From Saccostrea echinata (Eukaryota): a DNA stretch of 64,000 nucleotides. Within the stretch, counting starts at the first letter, position 1. Every line of letters begins with the position of its first letter. The stretch is from NCBI RefSeq assembly GCF_033153115.1, contig NW_026889803.1:33294001-33358000 (forward strand). The letters are read 5' to 3'. Made by a program: the position numbers and the translations under genes. Below the pieces are notes generated by a model. That model saw nothing but the letters and a program-made list of their open reading frames with translations. It ran no database searches and was not told where the DNA came from. This document shows, in pieces, positions 63,879-64,000 of this stretch.

Positions 63879-64000
63879 ATATACATATAAGTACATGTAT
63901 ATTGACATTTATTTGTAGTTAGACCGGGTTTAATGTACTTCATTTGGGATACTGAATTAGTTTTAAGATGTAAAAGTTGCTCTTGATAAAAGAAATATTA

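Overview
AT-rich, intron-rich eukaryotic DNA. The repeat families suggest a bivalve mollusc, probably an oyster (inference). Six spliced protein-coding genes form three head-to-head pairs: delta-tubulin (-) / mitochondrial ribosomal protein L50 (+); EFCAB5 (-) / Slingshot phosphatase (+); a small stathmin-domain gene (-) / a BTB-BACK-PHR gene (+). I assembled exon chains by hand from GT-AG sites, and all phases close. Introns contain many non-autonomous mobile elements: Helentron/HINE-like elements with satellite arrays, fold-back elements, MITEs, a Deu/Nin-type SINE and a tRNA-containing solo LTR. Highlights: (1) a 9.45-kb TIR element with a 6-bp TSD, whose ends are arrays of a perfect 22-bp palindrome and whose interior holds a promoter-like motif cluster and nested transposons; (2) the EFCAB5-SSH head-to-head arrangement, also seen in human; (3) a candidate 30-nt cassette microexon and an alternative first exon in SSH; (4) a minisatellite that multiplies an SSH 5' splice site; (5) an in-frame stop between two same-phase donors in the stathmin-like gene. 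Family names come from recalled motifs; no database searches were run.
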